Numbered from the stretch's first letter, positions 47,431 through 62,060 are shown. The stretch: DNA of 64,000 bases from Mizuhopecten yessoensis (GCF_002113885.1 NW_018479853.1:1-64000); one strand, 5' to 3'. The notes: generated by a model from the sequence alone, not told the origin. Translations and numbers: made by a program.

Positions 47431-50400
47431 ACGTACTATATCAGGAATGCTAAGAGGTCTACCTTTAATAGAACATACATGTATGTCTCTGATAAAACAT
47501 ACATGTATGTCTCTGATAAAACATACATGTATGTCTCTGATAAAACATACATGTTTCTCTTTAATAGTGCATAAATGTATGTCTTTAATAAAACATGCAG
47601 ATGCAGATTAACTTTAAAAGAATGTACGGTGATATCTTAAGTAGAACATACAGAGTGGCGTTCTACAGCAAGAAATTTCGGGAGTGTTTTGTTCTTTTGC
47701 CAACAAAATACAACGCTCGCCAAAAACGTTCGCGAAGACATTTAAACGTTAACTCACTAGAACACCAGACATGCAAGAGGGTGGGGTAATATTGGTTTTG
47801 AGTATTTAATCACCCTTGTCTTAAAACGATCATATTTGGACAAAGAAAACGAACAAAATATACGGAAAATATGAAAAAGGAAGGTCTTTTTCTGAAGAAA
47901 TATTTCTACGGTTGTTCTTTTGTCCTTCTTAATATTTTCGGAATTTTTGTTTTTACATATTTGTGTCCGTTATACAGATCCTTCGCATACAAAACACTCG
48001 CAGACTGTTTCGCTAACAAACGCAGTTAAGGAAGTACATATATGAATATACAGGTACATCTTCAATAAAACACATGTATTCTTATTGTAATATGCCAGTA
48101 TACTTTATATTACAACTTCATGTATATCTTAAGGATGTACTCTTCTGAGGTTTCAGTCACGTTCAAATCTCGTTTTGATCTAGTATAGTGGAATCTTATT
48201 AAAAAAACCCACTTAGGATCAATTCAAAGAGCAAGCATGATTCTGACCTTTTTTCGTGTTTTTTTTTTAAAGGCCAATTCGGCGGCCATTTTGAATATCT
48301 CAAAAATGTGTATTTCTTGAATTGTACCCAATGCTAACATTCCATCTTTTTTATCATTGTATGTACTTTGTTAACAAGAGCAAGTTCATTTTTAATGTGC
48401 AAGTTTTAAATGTATAATATGATCAAAAATAGTTCACAATGATCAACAAAGTGGAAAGTTGTACAATATTGGTACTTTACTACTGAGTTATGTCAACTGA
48501 AGTGCTTTTAGTGTTTTATCCCACAAAAGGTGAAAATTTAAACAAAACTTAAAATAGCAAAACAACTAGCACACTTTCTAAAATATCAGTTTGAAGTGCG
48601 CTCCGGGCGCGGGTCGCATATTTCCCGCATATTATAGAGGGACGGAGTTCTGACGTTAATCGACGACAGACCGATATGAAAAAAGTCGATAAAACGTCAG
48701 AATAATTCGGACTAGTATTGGAGGTGAAGGTCATAGTAAAAACACAGGGACCTTGTTTTAGGATGAGACACACCATCTTCTCATGATGTACATAGTTGAA
48801 ATGTTTATTGCCCATATATGAAACAGCTGCTAAGATATGGTCTGGGATCCATTATTTCAGTAATCATTTCAAATTTATGATGCATTTTTCATAAATGGTA
48901 CCTGTAATCTAGTACATGTATATGGTCTAACACTGACTAGTTATTGCTTATCTTGGCCAGACAGCAAAGGGCCATACTCTACATAAAGGGAATGCATGAG
49001 ACATAAAGTCGCACAACGTTTGAGTCGTGGCTTGCAAAAAAGACAACAAACAATTCTAAATCAGAGGCCCTTAATTTCGTGCTATGTTCCTTGAAATATG
49101 TAGCTTACGATTTGTCCTGTCATGATGTATGTATGCCTATACAGGTTTGCTGCCCCAGACTTGTTAAGGTTATAGTCTGAACAAAGGGTCATAACACTGC
49201 AAGTAAAGGGATGAGGGCCTAAAATGCAGTATGTGACACTCCGCCATACCGATTTTTTCGAAATTTCTACTATCGTCAGTCAACATAATGTGCCAAATAA
49301 TATCCAAAGTATGTTGGTGTACAAAAACCGGAAATATGTCTATCACTTCCATAAAGATGCGAAACAACTAAAAATGTACATAACATTCCAAACTTTTTTT
49401 GTGTGTGAGACTGCATAACTTTTCTATTTTGCAACATCTAGCTTTATAGTTGCGCTCATCATGAGCAGCAGACCTTATTGATGAAAATGTGATCAGTTGC
49501 GATAATAAATTGGTTCGACGTATTGTTAAATGATCAAACATGACTATAGGTCATAAGGTTGTTGGATTTTATTTGAAATAGACGTTGCTACAATTTGACA
49601 TTTATATGACAAATTTACCGGTTCTCAAATTTTCTGAAATTTTTACTATCATATCTCAACATAATGCACCAAATAATATTAAAAGATTTTTGGTGTACAA
49701 GAATCGGAAATATAACCCAGTAATGGTTAAATTGCTCATTGGGCAAAATGCTTTTGTTCCTGTAACAGGTCCTTTGTAAGTTTCCCAGCTGTACGATATT
49801 AGTTGAGGTGTCAGGATATCTGACCTAGGGACTGAGTCTCCGTGGGTACATTATTTGTGTTTTCATCTCTTTTTTTTATTCAGCAATTATGAATTTTGCT
49901 AAAGGTTAGGGATCTCAACAAATTCCAAGTTATAACCTCTTGGGCCCACACTTTCAGCTCCCTGGATGTTAGTCCTTCCATTTTTACAATTTTGGATCCC
50001 CTACCTCCATCGATACGAATGCTTCAAGTCGAGTTTAGTTTACTTTCAATCAGTGGTTCATAAGATGAAATTGTGTGAAGAAAAGTTGACAGATGTCATT
50101 ATACATATGACCGTGCGAGCTAAAATTGGGACAAAATTGAGGATAGCTGCAACTCTTCTATTTGTGTAATATTTAATTTCAATTCAGGATGTTGCTTGTT
50201 GATGGCTTTATATGGCCTGTGTAAAGAATTGTCTTTTCCCACACATGCAGGCAGTTCTTCAGTGTCTTAAAGTATTCTCTATAATAATTCTCTATTTAGA
50301 AATATTCTGCGACAAACTCTGAGTCTTTATTTCTTGTGGCCAAAAAATACTTTTTATTTTAATCTATCATTTCTGAGAAAAAAACAATACCTTCTGTAAC

Positions 50401-52347
50401 TTTAATGAATTGTTATAAAGATGAAAAACAAACAAAAATAATGAACAGCTGTTTGCTCTTACAACTGTTTTCTAAGAGCAATTGGTTGTACTCGTCTACA
50501 TAGGCTAGAGAGCATAATAAGTACTAGCATCTACAAATGTAACTTATTAGCATATATATATTCAATAGTCGAGATTGTTAGTTTAAACTTTGTTTTATTC
50601 ACATAACATATGTAAACCATAATACAAATATGATTAAACATAGATGAATTGGAGACAGAAACAAGTGTTAATACACTTATATAAATCTGTTACCTTTCAT
50701 CGTAACCAACATTAACAACTATAGCTTAGGGATAGTGACGTGAATAAATTACAGGGGAAGTTAGAAGAGAGTTGGGGAAATGCAGTGTAAAATATTCATA
50801 AAATCAGTGTATTGTGGTCAAGAAAAATCCTTCTGTTGCGTCATCGTTAATACACTTTATGATTGATATTCATGCATTTAAGTAAGATCTAAATATAAAA
50901 TATACCCTATGATAATCATAATCATGTGGATGTTTGTCCCTACAGTCGTTGTGATAGACTGTTCACATTCCATACACTATTGCTGATCAATTGTTCGTCA
51001 CATCCCGAGCCTTAATACGTCATTCTCCTGTTCATTCTTGTCCTCCTGGTATATCCGTTTCCACTAGACTGTTTGCATCGGGAAAGACCATCCACATGAC
51101 TTACTTTACATATGATATATGTTATCATATGAATACAAAGGTCATTGATAAAGAATCGTATTCAAAGACGTCATAAGATAATAAATCAGAAGTCAATTGA
51201 TCTATTATTATGTTAGCAACTCCGCTATTTCTTTTTACATAATTATGATCGCACACAAACTTCCATGTATGCATCCCCACACATATCATAAACACATATA
51301 TCTATCATACACACATATGGGGCAAAGAAGTAAGTCCAACAGTGTGGACAAGTTTAGGTTGTCAAATTTATCATACATACATACATACACACATACGTAC
51401 GTAAGTACATACCTACCCACCTACATACATACATAAATAATATTTACTTGCTCACATGCTTGTGCATGGCTGCATGCATAGTTATGCACCCACGTACGTT
51501 AATGTATGCACTCCTACACACACACGCTCACACATAGATACATGCGTACATACATACATGCATACATGCATACGAACATGGTTTGAGCTACTCAGAATCC
51601 AATTGATTGTTATAAAATATTAAAATATTGTGTGAAATGTTCCAATGCATTTGTATACACTGTACTATTAATTTTGAGCAAAATAATATTTTAAAATACA
51701 ATAACATAAGCAAAAAATAATCATTGAATTGGTTGAAAGTTGACTTAATAAAGTATTTTTAGTTAAAAAGAAATAAGCTGTGGATATTTCATTTTACTGC
51801 TGTAACACAAGTTAAAATACCATAAACTCATTAAGTTATTCCAATTGAGACAATCAAAGGTAAAAAAATATTTGCAAAAGATACAAATCTTTAAATAAAG
51901 ATTAACTCAAAGCTGAATCAGTAAGAATTATACGGAATGTACTTTATCTTTCATCGAAATCTTAACCTTGTATAGATAAATCTGTGAATATGCTTTTCAT
52001 GAATGCATAATTCATCAGTATTAACTGTGCTTGAAATAATATACAAGCATATTTGAACCTTTGGTTTACACATACAACAACTGGGGGAAAAGGTTTCAAA
52101 AAGGCTGATCTAGCAAGTTTATACCAAAATCTCCTAATCTTTTGGTTTAATGACAAATTTGTGTCTTGTCACGACAAGCAGACTGAAGTTATTTAAGGTG
52201 GGAATATACTTATTAACTGAAATTATATCTTTACCAGTGTACAGATATTTTAAATTAATCTACCACAAATTTAATCTTGTATGCATAACCAGAAAGCTAT
52301 ATTCTATATACTACACATGTACCTTAACCATACTTGTGTAGAATAGT

Positions 52348-52975
52348 TGAACTGGACTGGGTCATGTGCCTTCCACCGGATAGCTCAGTTGGTGCCATTA
52401 GTGCAGCAGCCATCTAGAGGTCAGAGCGTTTAGTACTGCAGCCATCTAGAGGTCAGAGCGTTCTGGGTTGGAATCCCAGTCTGGCAGTGCATCTCGCTCT
52501 CCTGTTATAATTACATTTTGTGCCAAAAACAAATAGACCCAAAGAAGGTGGAAGAGGTCAAGTCCCGTGAGTTTAGGACTTCATTGAAGAAGGGAGGAAA
52601 GTAGAAGAACTGGACTGGGTTGTTCGCCGGTGACCAGGTAGCTGTTAGAGAGTCCAGGGCCCGTATTCATGAAACCGTTCTCATGCTCAAGCATGGATTC
52701 TGTGCTCAAACCAGCTGTCTTGTAACCCATCTAAATCGTGTCAACCATCAAAAAATCAAATTAAAATATTGACAACAGTATTCGGCTTCTAGTTTCTTCA
52801 ATTTTTGTCCAAAACTTTAGCAAAACAAGATTTTTTAAATAATTTATGACTGGAACAAGAAATTAACCTTGAGCACAAAATCCATGCTTGAGCATGAGAA
52901 CGGTTTCATGAATACGGGCCCAGGGTTCGAATACCAGTCTGGCCATGCATTTTTAATTTTCCTCTCCTGTTATAG
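52348..52975 (+). mobile_element. Two tandem degenerate tRNA-derived units, the second interrupted by a MITE
   Basis: Both begin gaactggactgggt and end ccagtctggc...ctctcctgttata. A-box tagctcagttgg at 52381; B-box-like ggttggaatccc and ggttcgaatacc. Confidence 0.55.
52658..52920. mobile_element. PIF/Harbinger-like MITE, copy 2
   Basis: Near-perfect 50-bp terminal inverted repeats (ggcccgtattcatgaaaccgttctcatgctcaagcatgga...) with a CAG target-site duplication. Confidence 0.85.
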
Positions 52976-53841
52976 TGTCACACTAAGATAAATTTAGCAT
53001 TATTTAGGGAGAGCTTGTATTTATAACCCTATACTACATAGGAATGGTCTTTGTGGTATTTTTATTGTATGTTGATTACAGCACTTAAACTTATATAAAT
53101 GTCCAGAAAATGGGAATTGGGGAGGGGGTGTAAAAATGATGAAATTATGAGACAGTCAATAACTATTTACTGCAAAATAAAGCCAAACACACATAACATG
53201 CAAATCACAGACTGTGTACGTTGGGTACTATTGTCGTCATTTTAGACATATGTAACGAGGCCTTGTGCCCCTGGCCCTGTGCTAAATTTTAAGGTGGTGA
53301 CAAAAACAAATTGCTTTGACCCAACACATACATCGATTAGTTGGGTATTTATTGATCCAAATCCGCCTTAGTTATCACCAACGGCTGCCACATTTCACCA
53401 GTAGAGTCCTCGGTGTTTAATCGTTCAAAATTTCCCACTAAGAGCGCCGCCATTGCGTATGTTATGCAATAACAAGGTGTGACTAATCAACAAACTGTAC
53501 TGATCCGGACCGAAAATGGAACATCTCTTTCTCATGTAGAAGAATTCCGGACCGCCTCTATTTGTTGATTAGTCACTTTTCAAAATGGCCGCCGTAAATT
53601 TGATGAGCAGACGTCAGGTCGTCTGAGTTTATGTACCGAGCGGGAAAATATATGGAATATGCATGTTCATGATAAAGACTGTTTAATGATATTAAGGATC
53701 ATTTTATTGTTCAAAATTTATTGGCATTTGATGAATGATGATAAGTGTACATATAATTGTAATTGATGAAGATAATTGATGACAGTAATGATGATGATGA
53801 TGAAGATTATATATATTGTGTGTGTGTGAGGGTATGTATTT

Positions 53842-54031
53842 GTATTCCGTCTTTGCGTATTGCAGAGTTATCTTCTTTTGGTAGCAGGTATTGATTGTTA
53901 CGTCACTTGTTTGTGAGAATAACGTCATCAATTTTTGAGAAAACGACGTAATTTTCTCACACAGACCAATGACGTAACAATCAATGCCTGCTCCCAAGAG
54001 AAGATAACTCTGCAATACGCAGAGACGGAAT
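53842..54031. mobile_element. Palindromic MITE with TA ends
   Basis: About 60-bp arms (tattccgtctttgcgtattgcagagttatctt / aagataactctgcaatacgcagagacggaata), inside a (gat)n-rich duplicated region. Confidence 0.7.
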
Positions 54032-55204
54032 AGCAATAGTTGTGAGGATGTTGTCATGCCACCGCTAAATGACAAACTATGATGATGAATGTCTTTAGAT
54101 TAGATTGTCATTTGATGATGGAGATCATGATGAAAAGTGACATGTAGATGTTGATAATAATGATGCGAATAATGACATGAAGATGATGATTATAATGATG
54201 TGATGATGAGTGGCATTTGATGAATGATGATAAGTGTACATATAATTGTAAATGACGATGATAATTGATAACAGTAATGATGATGATGATGATGATGAAG
54301 ATTATATATATTGCTTAATTGTCAATTATGATGAATGGCATTTTTATGATGATGCTGATTATGATCTTTTGATTGTAGGATTTTATGTATGTTAAAAAAA
54401 GTTGGAAAATAGACAATTACAAAAAAATGAAAAATAAAATAAAAAATAAAGGCTGTTTACAGATGGACGCCGCGAAGGATTTGATGAGGAGACGTCCGGA
54501 AAAAATGTGGAATTTCTCAAAAAGTGAAAAAATCACATAGGACTCATGTGGATTTTTTCACTATGTAGTTTTTCTGCATCGGAAACAGTTGGAATATTGA
54601 AAATATCAAATTAGCTATATTTTTTATTAATATTATATATATATCATGTTTAATTATCATTAATATAAACAGCATTTTTTTTTTTTTTTTGCTCTCGAAA
54701 AGGTATGTATTGATTTATACTGGTTAGGCGTGATACGATTGATCGTGTTGCTGGATAGCAATTGACCAGTAAGTTCTTTTTACATGTTCACTCATAATAA
54801 ATTGAAGACTTCGTTTTAGAAATGAAAACACGGGACTTCTCACTTGGGATGCAGTTTTCAGTAGATTTGATAGGACAATGTTAATAAGTTGGTTCATTTC
54901 GGATACATTTTTATACTTTTTGTCGATTTAAAATTCATAGATTTAGAGTAGTCGCAAGCTTGACTGGTCGGCAGTCATTAAGGTGAACCGGTTCAGTGGA
55001 TTAAAAATGGATCTTTCAACTTTTAACACGAGCTATCTAACAATACCCTATATGGATGATAAATAACAAATCCGCCCTGTTGACACTAAAAGCCAACTTC
55101 TTGTAGTGCAGTGCAATGGTTTGACGATTTGTGATCTAGTCGTAATTGAATTACAAACGAATCGAACCGTGAACAATTCACCGATCATCCCTGAAGGGAC
55201 GTAC

Positions 55205-55385
55205 TCAGATAAAACAAGGGTCATACTTAGTGAGTAAGTCAAAGCCGCACAGTATCACGTCGATAGTGGATGTACTCAGGATAGTTAAGTGTAGATAAAA
55301 CAAGGGTCATACTTAATGAGTAAGTCGAAGCCGCACAGTATCACGTCGATAGTGGATGTACTCAGGATAGTTAAGTGTAGATAAA
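55205..55385. repeat. About 87-bp tandem duplication
   Basis: agataaaacaagggtcatactt...ggatagttaagtgtagataaa occurs twice. Confidence 0.8.
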
Positions 55386-55657
55386 TTAGCGTGAAAAATA
55401 AAATAAAAAATAATATCAGAGTTACTGACAAGGAGGAGGAAGGCACTATCATTGTTACAGCCAACACAAATTAGAACGACAACAACAGTAACAGCGGTAC
55501 AAGACACGAGAAACTCAAACTCTATTAGACGATATGTGAACTGGCATTCATCTTGAATCTCAGGTATGTAAAGTACTGGATCGTTCGTTGTTCGAGTAAA
55601 ATGACGCTGAGTGGGAAGCTGTGATTATAAAGATCCGGATCATCTTAAGTGATACCA

Positions 55658-58600
55658 ATGATGGTGACAGACAGGTGCCAGCTGCAGGCAGCGCTGTTAG
55701 TGATTTCGCTATTGCTGTGGAAGGTACCAGGTATGTTTAAGTGTTAGTTAGTACTTCCTTGAAAAACTGAAAATAGAAATAAGTCTAGTCGTCATACTGC
55801 AATAATGATAACGACTACCATATAATAGATTAAGAATATATATATTAAATAACATTATCTCTTTATACCAAATGGATAAAATGGATACCAATTTAACAGT
55901 ATCAAGACATCCAAATGTACCTAGCAATACACAAATAATAAAAAGTAAATGCAGAAAGAAAGAAAAAAGTAAACATTCTTTCTACAGAAATGATCATTTC
56001 GTCTTCATTGGACCCGTCAGTACTACTATGAAGGCCAAACGAATCCTTGGCTAAAATACAGCGTAAGGGGAAAAGTTAACCTAAATTCCTTCCTAATTTC
56101 ACAAATGAATGACCTTTTGCTACAGCAAATGACTTATTATTAAACTAAAAAGTAAAACACATAGTCACTGATTTTTGTAAAAAATACCAAAAAATCGAAA
56201 TTTTGTCAAATGAATCACTTTTACATTTTTTGAGTGTGTGGCATTGTTCAAAACTATTATAACAATAAAAAAATGAAAAAGACATTGCTTATCAACCCTA
56301 CAAATATTTTATTTATCATAAAATATCTTAAAAACGTTACACAAAGTGTTTTTTATTGAAATAGTATGGATAAAAGTAGTTATAAACAAGCTAAAAGCAA
56401 ACAGGACATACAGTTTAATACAAAAAGAGTGATAAATTGAACCAAATATACACAAAGCCTTAATTATACATTTATTTTACATTGATCCTGATGAGAGTTG
56501 TCTACCTTGAAAAAAAAACGGAACTTTTTGTAGAGGGATAACATTTATACAGTGACAGTTATTTTCTTTACTTTACCAAAAACGACGGAAACAAATTAAT
56601 TTATGATATTAAAACTGTCAATTTACTGTTCTTTTATAGACCAAAATTACTCTCAATCACTTTACTTTGGATATCATTCATAGCCCGCTTACGCCTGGAA
56701 TATTTACATGTCAGGTACATATGTAACCATTGGTTATCACATGGTAGCATTTTATAGGGATCTTGATATTTTATTAAATACTATTTTCACAGAGTTATTG
56801 TTAAAGCATTTGTGAAATGATTTACCTGACAGAGCGTAAATTGCTCGACAACAAAAATCGTAGCTACCCCGAGCTTGGGAACTAGTGTTAGCACGTGAAA
56901 TGTACAGGTGTGTAAACAAAACACATCAGCCTGCATTCGATGCGCCTCATAAACGACCTTCCCGAAGTCGTCTGATCATATGTCAATGTCTTCCCGTGAG
57001 TTTATTTATGTCTTTGTATCGTACAGTTTATTTCCAAGTCAAGTCTCGATATCGGATGTTGACATATCATCGTCACCCACGTGTACTATTGTTTACCAGA
57101 TGTTACTATAATTTACACTACGGTAATGGAATGCCCGATTCGCAATACGGAAATGACGACACGAAAATACGACAAGAAAAACATGTGTATTACGAAGGGT
57201 GGGAAGTCCTTAAGCTCTGAAGAGTTCTGAAATTTGTTGTGTGTATGTATTGAAGTCTGGAGAATAAGTTTCTATCAGAATGTATGCAAAAAAATGTCGA
57301 CAATAGAAAACAAGATTGCGAATGAAGATTTATTCACAGTTGTAATTAGTCCATTCTATCACGTTAATCATGCCAAACCGAAAGAAATAATGTACTTTGA
57401 TATGGTAAGTAGGTCTGTTATATAAATTATTAACATCCGTGGGTTTTCCATACATATCACTAGAAACTGTAAATCTAAGGAATGCCCATAGCCTTGAAGT
57501 TAGATAAAAAGCTAATTTAGTTTATTTTGATATTCCTGTAACAAATATATCTTGGTTTTCTATCCAAGTTTATGAAATATCGTGGTATTGAAACAGGTTT
57601 AGAACACGGTTGTTCACGCTTCCAAAGATACTGAAGAAAATCCAACAGATTTCTAATTTAATTGAAAATTATAAGTAATACCTAACAATCTAAACTTCCC
57701 TTGGTGATTCCAAATCAAATATTTCTCTTGACGTATTTCCTCTCCACAACACCGTTTTCCCAATCCATACTGCCAGTGTTTTATCCTAAGACCAGAGACA
57801 TTGCCAAAATCATTTAAAGTTTCAAAAACTGAGTTTAAAGAATTTGGATCATCTGACAAAGTAAATGAGGTGTCATCCGCAAACTGATTTTATGAGATAT
57901 TCAGAGTTATTTATTTTAATACCCTCAAACAAGGGTTAATTTTATTGCTGAACTTAAAATTTCTACACATAAAATGAAAACATATGGACTAATTGGGTCA
58001 CCATATCTAACACCACGATGTACTTGTAAATAAGTTACCGTTGTATGCTACACAGTTTGTATTGTTACAAGTGAATTTCTAGCTATTTGATTGGTTGGGA
58101 GCAAATTAAACAACAATCTCTGTCACTCTCCGAAAATACATTGGTTTTAAGGGGCGCGGGTGATATTGCCATGAGACAGTGAAAAATAGCACATGCGCGA
58201 AAAATATGCGTTCACCGCTTCGTTTCCCCATCGTGATATTGAGTTTGTAATGTTACCTTCGTACTTTTAAACATGATATTGAGTTTGTAATGTTACCCTC
58301 GTACTATTGAACATTATATTGAATTTTTAATATTGCCCTCGTACTGTTAAACATGATATTGAGTTTGTAATGTTATCCTCGTGCTATTTAACATGATATT
58401 TAATTTGTAATGTTGCCCTATTACTGATAAACATGATATTGAGTTTGTAATGTTACCCTCGTACTGTTAAACATGATATTTTATTTGTAATGTTACCCTC
58501 GTACTATTCAACATGTTATTGAGTTTGTAATGTAACCCTCGTACTGTTAAACATAATATTTAATTTGTAATGTTACCCTCGTACTATTCAACATGTTATT

Positions 58601-60457
58601 GAGTTTGTAATGTTACCTTCGTACTATTTAACATGATATTGAGTTTGTAGTGTTACCCTCGTACTGTTAAACAAGATATTGAGTTTGTAATGTTACCCTC
58701 GTACTGTCAAACATGATATTGAGTTTGTAATGTTACCCTCGTACTGTTAAACATGATATTGAGTTTGTAGTGTTACCCTCGTACTGTTAAACATGATATT
58801 GAGTTTGTAATGTTACCCTCGTACTGTTAAACATGATACTGAGTTTGTAATGTTACCGTGGTACTGTTAAACATGCTACATAGTTTGTATTGTTACACCT
58901 CAAGTGAATTTCTAGCTATTTGATTGGGTGGGAGAAAATTAAACAAAAATCTCTGTCACACTCCGAAAATACATTGGTTTTAAGGGGCGCGGGTGATATT
59001 GCCATGAGACAGTGAAAAATATGACATGCGTGAAAAATGTGCGTTCACCGCTTCGTTTCCCCACCGTGATGGTCACAAGAACATTTGACGGCAACAGCCA
59101 ATTTTATCAAGTGCCGGTGCGATAGCGATTGTAAACAGCAGGCTATCAACAAACAAGATGTCATTATCGATGTTTGCTGCCGTTTCTGAGCTACAAAGAC
59201 TTTTGGCGAAACAAAATAGATATGACATTCATTAGCAGGTGACAGTGAATATTGTCAACTCTCAAAAACCCATTGTCACCCGAGGCGAACAATATTCAGT
59301 GTCACCTGCTAATGAATGTCATATTTATATAATGTTACCGTCGTACTGTTAAACCTGATATTGAGTTTGTAATGTTGCCCTCGTACTGTTAAACATGATA
59401 TTGAGTTTGTAATGTTACCCTCGTACTATTTAACATTATATTTAATTTGTAATGTTACCTTCGTACTGTTAAACATGATATTGAGTTTGTAGTGTTACCC
59501 TCGTACTGTTAAACAAGATATTGAGTTTGTAATGTTACCCTCGTACTGTTAAACATGATATTGAGTTTGTAATGTTACCTTCGTACTATTTAACATTATA
59601 TTGAGTTTGTAATGTTACCTTCATACTGTTAAACATGATATTGAGTTTGTAATGTTACCGTCGTACTGTTAAACATGCTACATAGTTTGTAATTTTACCC
59701 TTGTACTGTTTAATATGCTAAGTTTGTTATGTTATTGGTAAGCGTTGTCCAGTTTATTCATTAAGGAAAGTACGCAATGTTTTGTAGTCACACGACAGCA
59801 GATCCTATCGAGGTACTTCGCTGAGGGACTAAGTGTGGATGTAGCCACCGTTATAGACCCGTTAAGGGTGACATGGACCAACGTCTCAACCAACAGCATG
59901 TGTTCCGCCTACTGTGTACAGCGTAAATGTGCATGTGTCGCCTTTTCCTTTGTAAATGGGTTATGTCATATGTTTGCAAACGTCTTCTCTGGTCCCTCTG
60001 GAACCGACAAAGGATTCAACAAGATTACAGGTGAGTACATAACAAATCATGCTTGGTCCTTTTCGGAGGTTTAAATGCTCTCTACAGACCTCTCTGTATT
60101 CCTCTTACGATATAGCCCTTCTAGACGGACGTTTGCCTTTTTAAGTTCTCCGGGGGCAACAGACATGCCTTAAGTCTTCTAGGGACGATATATGCCCTCC
60201 GTATCCCCGTGCGACGGTAATTGTTAACTGATAACTCCATCACATTGTGGAGTTAATAATTAATCTGCCGTAGACATGTTTACATGTAGTGCTACTTCAG
60301 TAAGATTGGTAAAAACATCAATAGTTAATATATCAGTTTCTACCCGAGTTGGACTCATTGAAACTATCAATTGTTTTCTCGCACCTCAGACATAGATATC
60401 CAACGGCATACCCCATGCTTGATTTTTCCATCTCGTCCAATCTGTCTGGTACCTTGA
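55658..60457 (+). CDS. Small secreted PAN/apple-like cysteine-rich protein, about 127 aa, 3 exons (third exon tentative)
   Basis: Exon 55658-55730 (MMVTDRCQLQAALLVISLLLWKVP, donor CAG|GTATGT, phase 1); exon 59788-60030 (CSAYCVQRKCACVAFSFVNGLCHMF, a PAN-type C-x3-C...C-x2-F-x-F...C pattern, donor CAG|GTGAGT); candidate exon 60390-60457 ending in a stop. TATAAA at 55626. Confidence 0.62.
57540..58030 (-). mobile_element. Degenerate L1/Tx1-clade LINE reverse transcriptase fragment
   Basis: Minus-strand peptides RGVRYGDPISPYVFILCVE and QFADDTSF...FGNVSGLRI, interrupted by frameshifts. Confidence 0.75.
58233..59730. repeat. 40-bp minisatellite (gatattgagtttgtaatgttaccctcgtactgttaaacat) in two blocks, 58233-58880 and 59330-59730
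   Basis: Direct repetition. The blocks are separated by a copy of 58045-58236 (at 58873-59070) and a palindrome at 59219-59324. Confidence 0.9.
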
Positions 60458-60734
60458 CGTGGCATTTTGCGGAATGTTTACACGGCGGTATTTTCAACCG
60501 CGCGTTAACGGTTTGAAATTGACATCTGCATTAGGAATATTCAGTTTTGTCTTTAAATGTATTGTTTTGATGTTGTATGATATCTAATGTTGTAGATAAA
60601 ATATAATATACACTGTGAAATACGTTGTCTTTTTTGCAAGGAAGCGTTCAAATGTAGCTTAAGTAGTGTAGAGGCTATTTATTTGAGGCCCCTGACGGGA
60701 GTTTTTTTCGAAGTAAAATGTGCTAGAAAAATAT

Positions 60735-60860
60735 CAATTACATGTAACTGAGCAAGATCGGGTTATCTCAGTCTCGGGCTGAGATGCTAAGATTCTGTAT
60801 CATCCCGACCGAGGTGTATGTTACATAATCTTATCTCGCTCAGGTACAGGTAATATATTG
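60735..60860. mobile_element. Short palindromic element
   Basis: Imperfect arms caatttacatgtaactgagcaagat / atctcgctcaggtacaggtaatatattg. Confidence 0.5.
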
Positions 60861-61029
60861 TATTTGTCTGTTTTTCGTGTCCGAGAAATTGACCAGATTG
60901 ACATTGCATCTGCGTATGAAAACACGTTTTTATATTTTGATGAATTGATCAAATATGATTTAATATGACATTTGTAATATGTTATTGTATTCTACTATTT
61001 CATCATGTTTCTGTTTTTAAATATAAGCT

Positions 61030-62060
61030 TAAGCCCCGGTTACATTTGCCGGTATAAACCCCCAGTGAGCTACGGTGGTGCAAACCGGGGGCAACCCCGG
61101 GTAACCGTAGCGAGTCCGTATTGAAGCCAAGTCCGTGTTGATCCTGATTGCCGAGCCACGATATGTTGAAAACCGGCTGTTCCGTAGGACCACCGTAGAT
61201 CCGAGGGTTTTACCGTAGTGTTCGGGAGTCCTACCAACTCACGGCAGCACTAGAGAGATTCATACTACGGTATCATTACAAACACCACCGACCATACATA
61301 TCGTACGCTGACCATGGTCTGACATGGTATGTGCCGTTTCCACTACGATTTCCTTATGGTGACAATACGACGATTCACGGTTGCTCGAGCATTTCCCATG
61401 TGTGACACGGTTTCACCACGACTATAGCACGTAGGTGCTATGTTTGAGTGTACGGCAGTGACGACAGGAATAAGGTTTGTCACAGTTCCGGATCAGGGTG
61501 CTATAAATTGGGGACAAAATCTGCTCGAAGTCACATGCTACTTCAGTCTTGGGAAAGAGTCACATTATACATATATGTAGACGGTGTCTTCATCAATCAC
61601 AGAAACAAACTTCAGCTGATGAACTGGCTTTAGAATGGAATATGCAGCAAGTTGCAAACTACGTGATGACGGTCCAAGTTACTCAGCAACGAGGAACACT
61701 AAGGGTCTTAAAGTAGTCTGAGACTTCCTTCGTTTGGTCAGTTGTAGAAAACAAATTGTGAGTAAGAAAAATTGTCCCAATATATCTAGCCACCGGGGCA
61801 TCACGTAACAAACCTTGGCGTTACCGCATTGACACCGTGACGGAACCGATGATGACGTAGCGCCAACTTGGCGGACCGTAATGTAACCTTGAAACCCCGG
61901 ACAAACCGTAGTCATACCTTAACAATCCATGATGATACCGTAGTGGAACCTGTATGTATTATGACTGATAGTTGTACCGGAGTAGTGCCGGCATCTACCG
62001 TAGTGTAGTCGAAGTGACACCTTGATATACCATAGTAATACTCTAACAACGCCGTAGATA
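61030..62060. mobile_element. GC-richer non-coding segment, possible truncated Harbinger-like non-autonomous element
   Basis: Starts taagccccggttacatt and has dispersed ccgtag/ctacgg motifs; no matching right TIR was seen. Confidence 0.3.

Noticed and set aside
48128-49790. Possible Kolobok-like DNA transposon starting ttaaggatgtac, with internal duplications
   Set aside because: No matching right terminus or coding remnant was found, so boundaries cannot be supported.
52375-52490. Functional tRNA gene
   Set aside because: An internal duplication, a mutated B box and no intact cloverleaf make it a tRNA-derived repeat.
56486-56525. Second hammerhead candidate (ctgatgag...gaaa)
   Set aside because: No convincing helix II, helix III or cleavage triplet.
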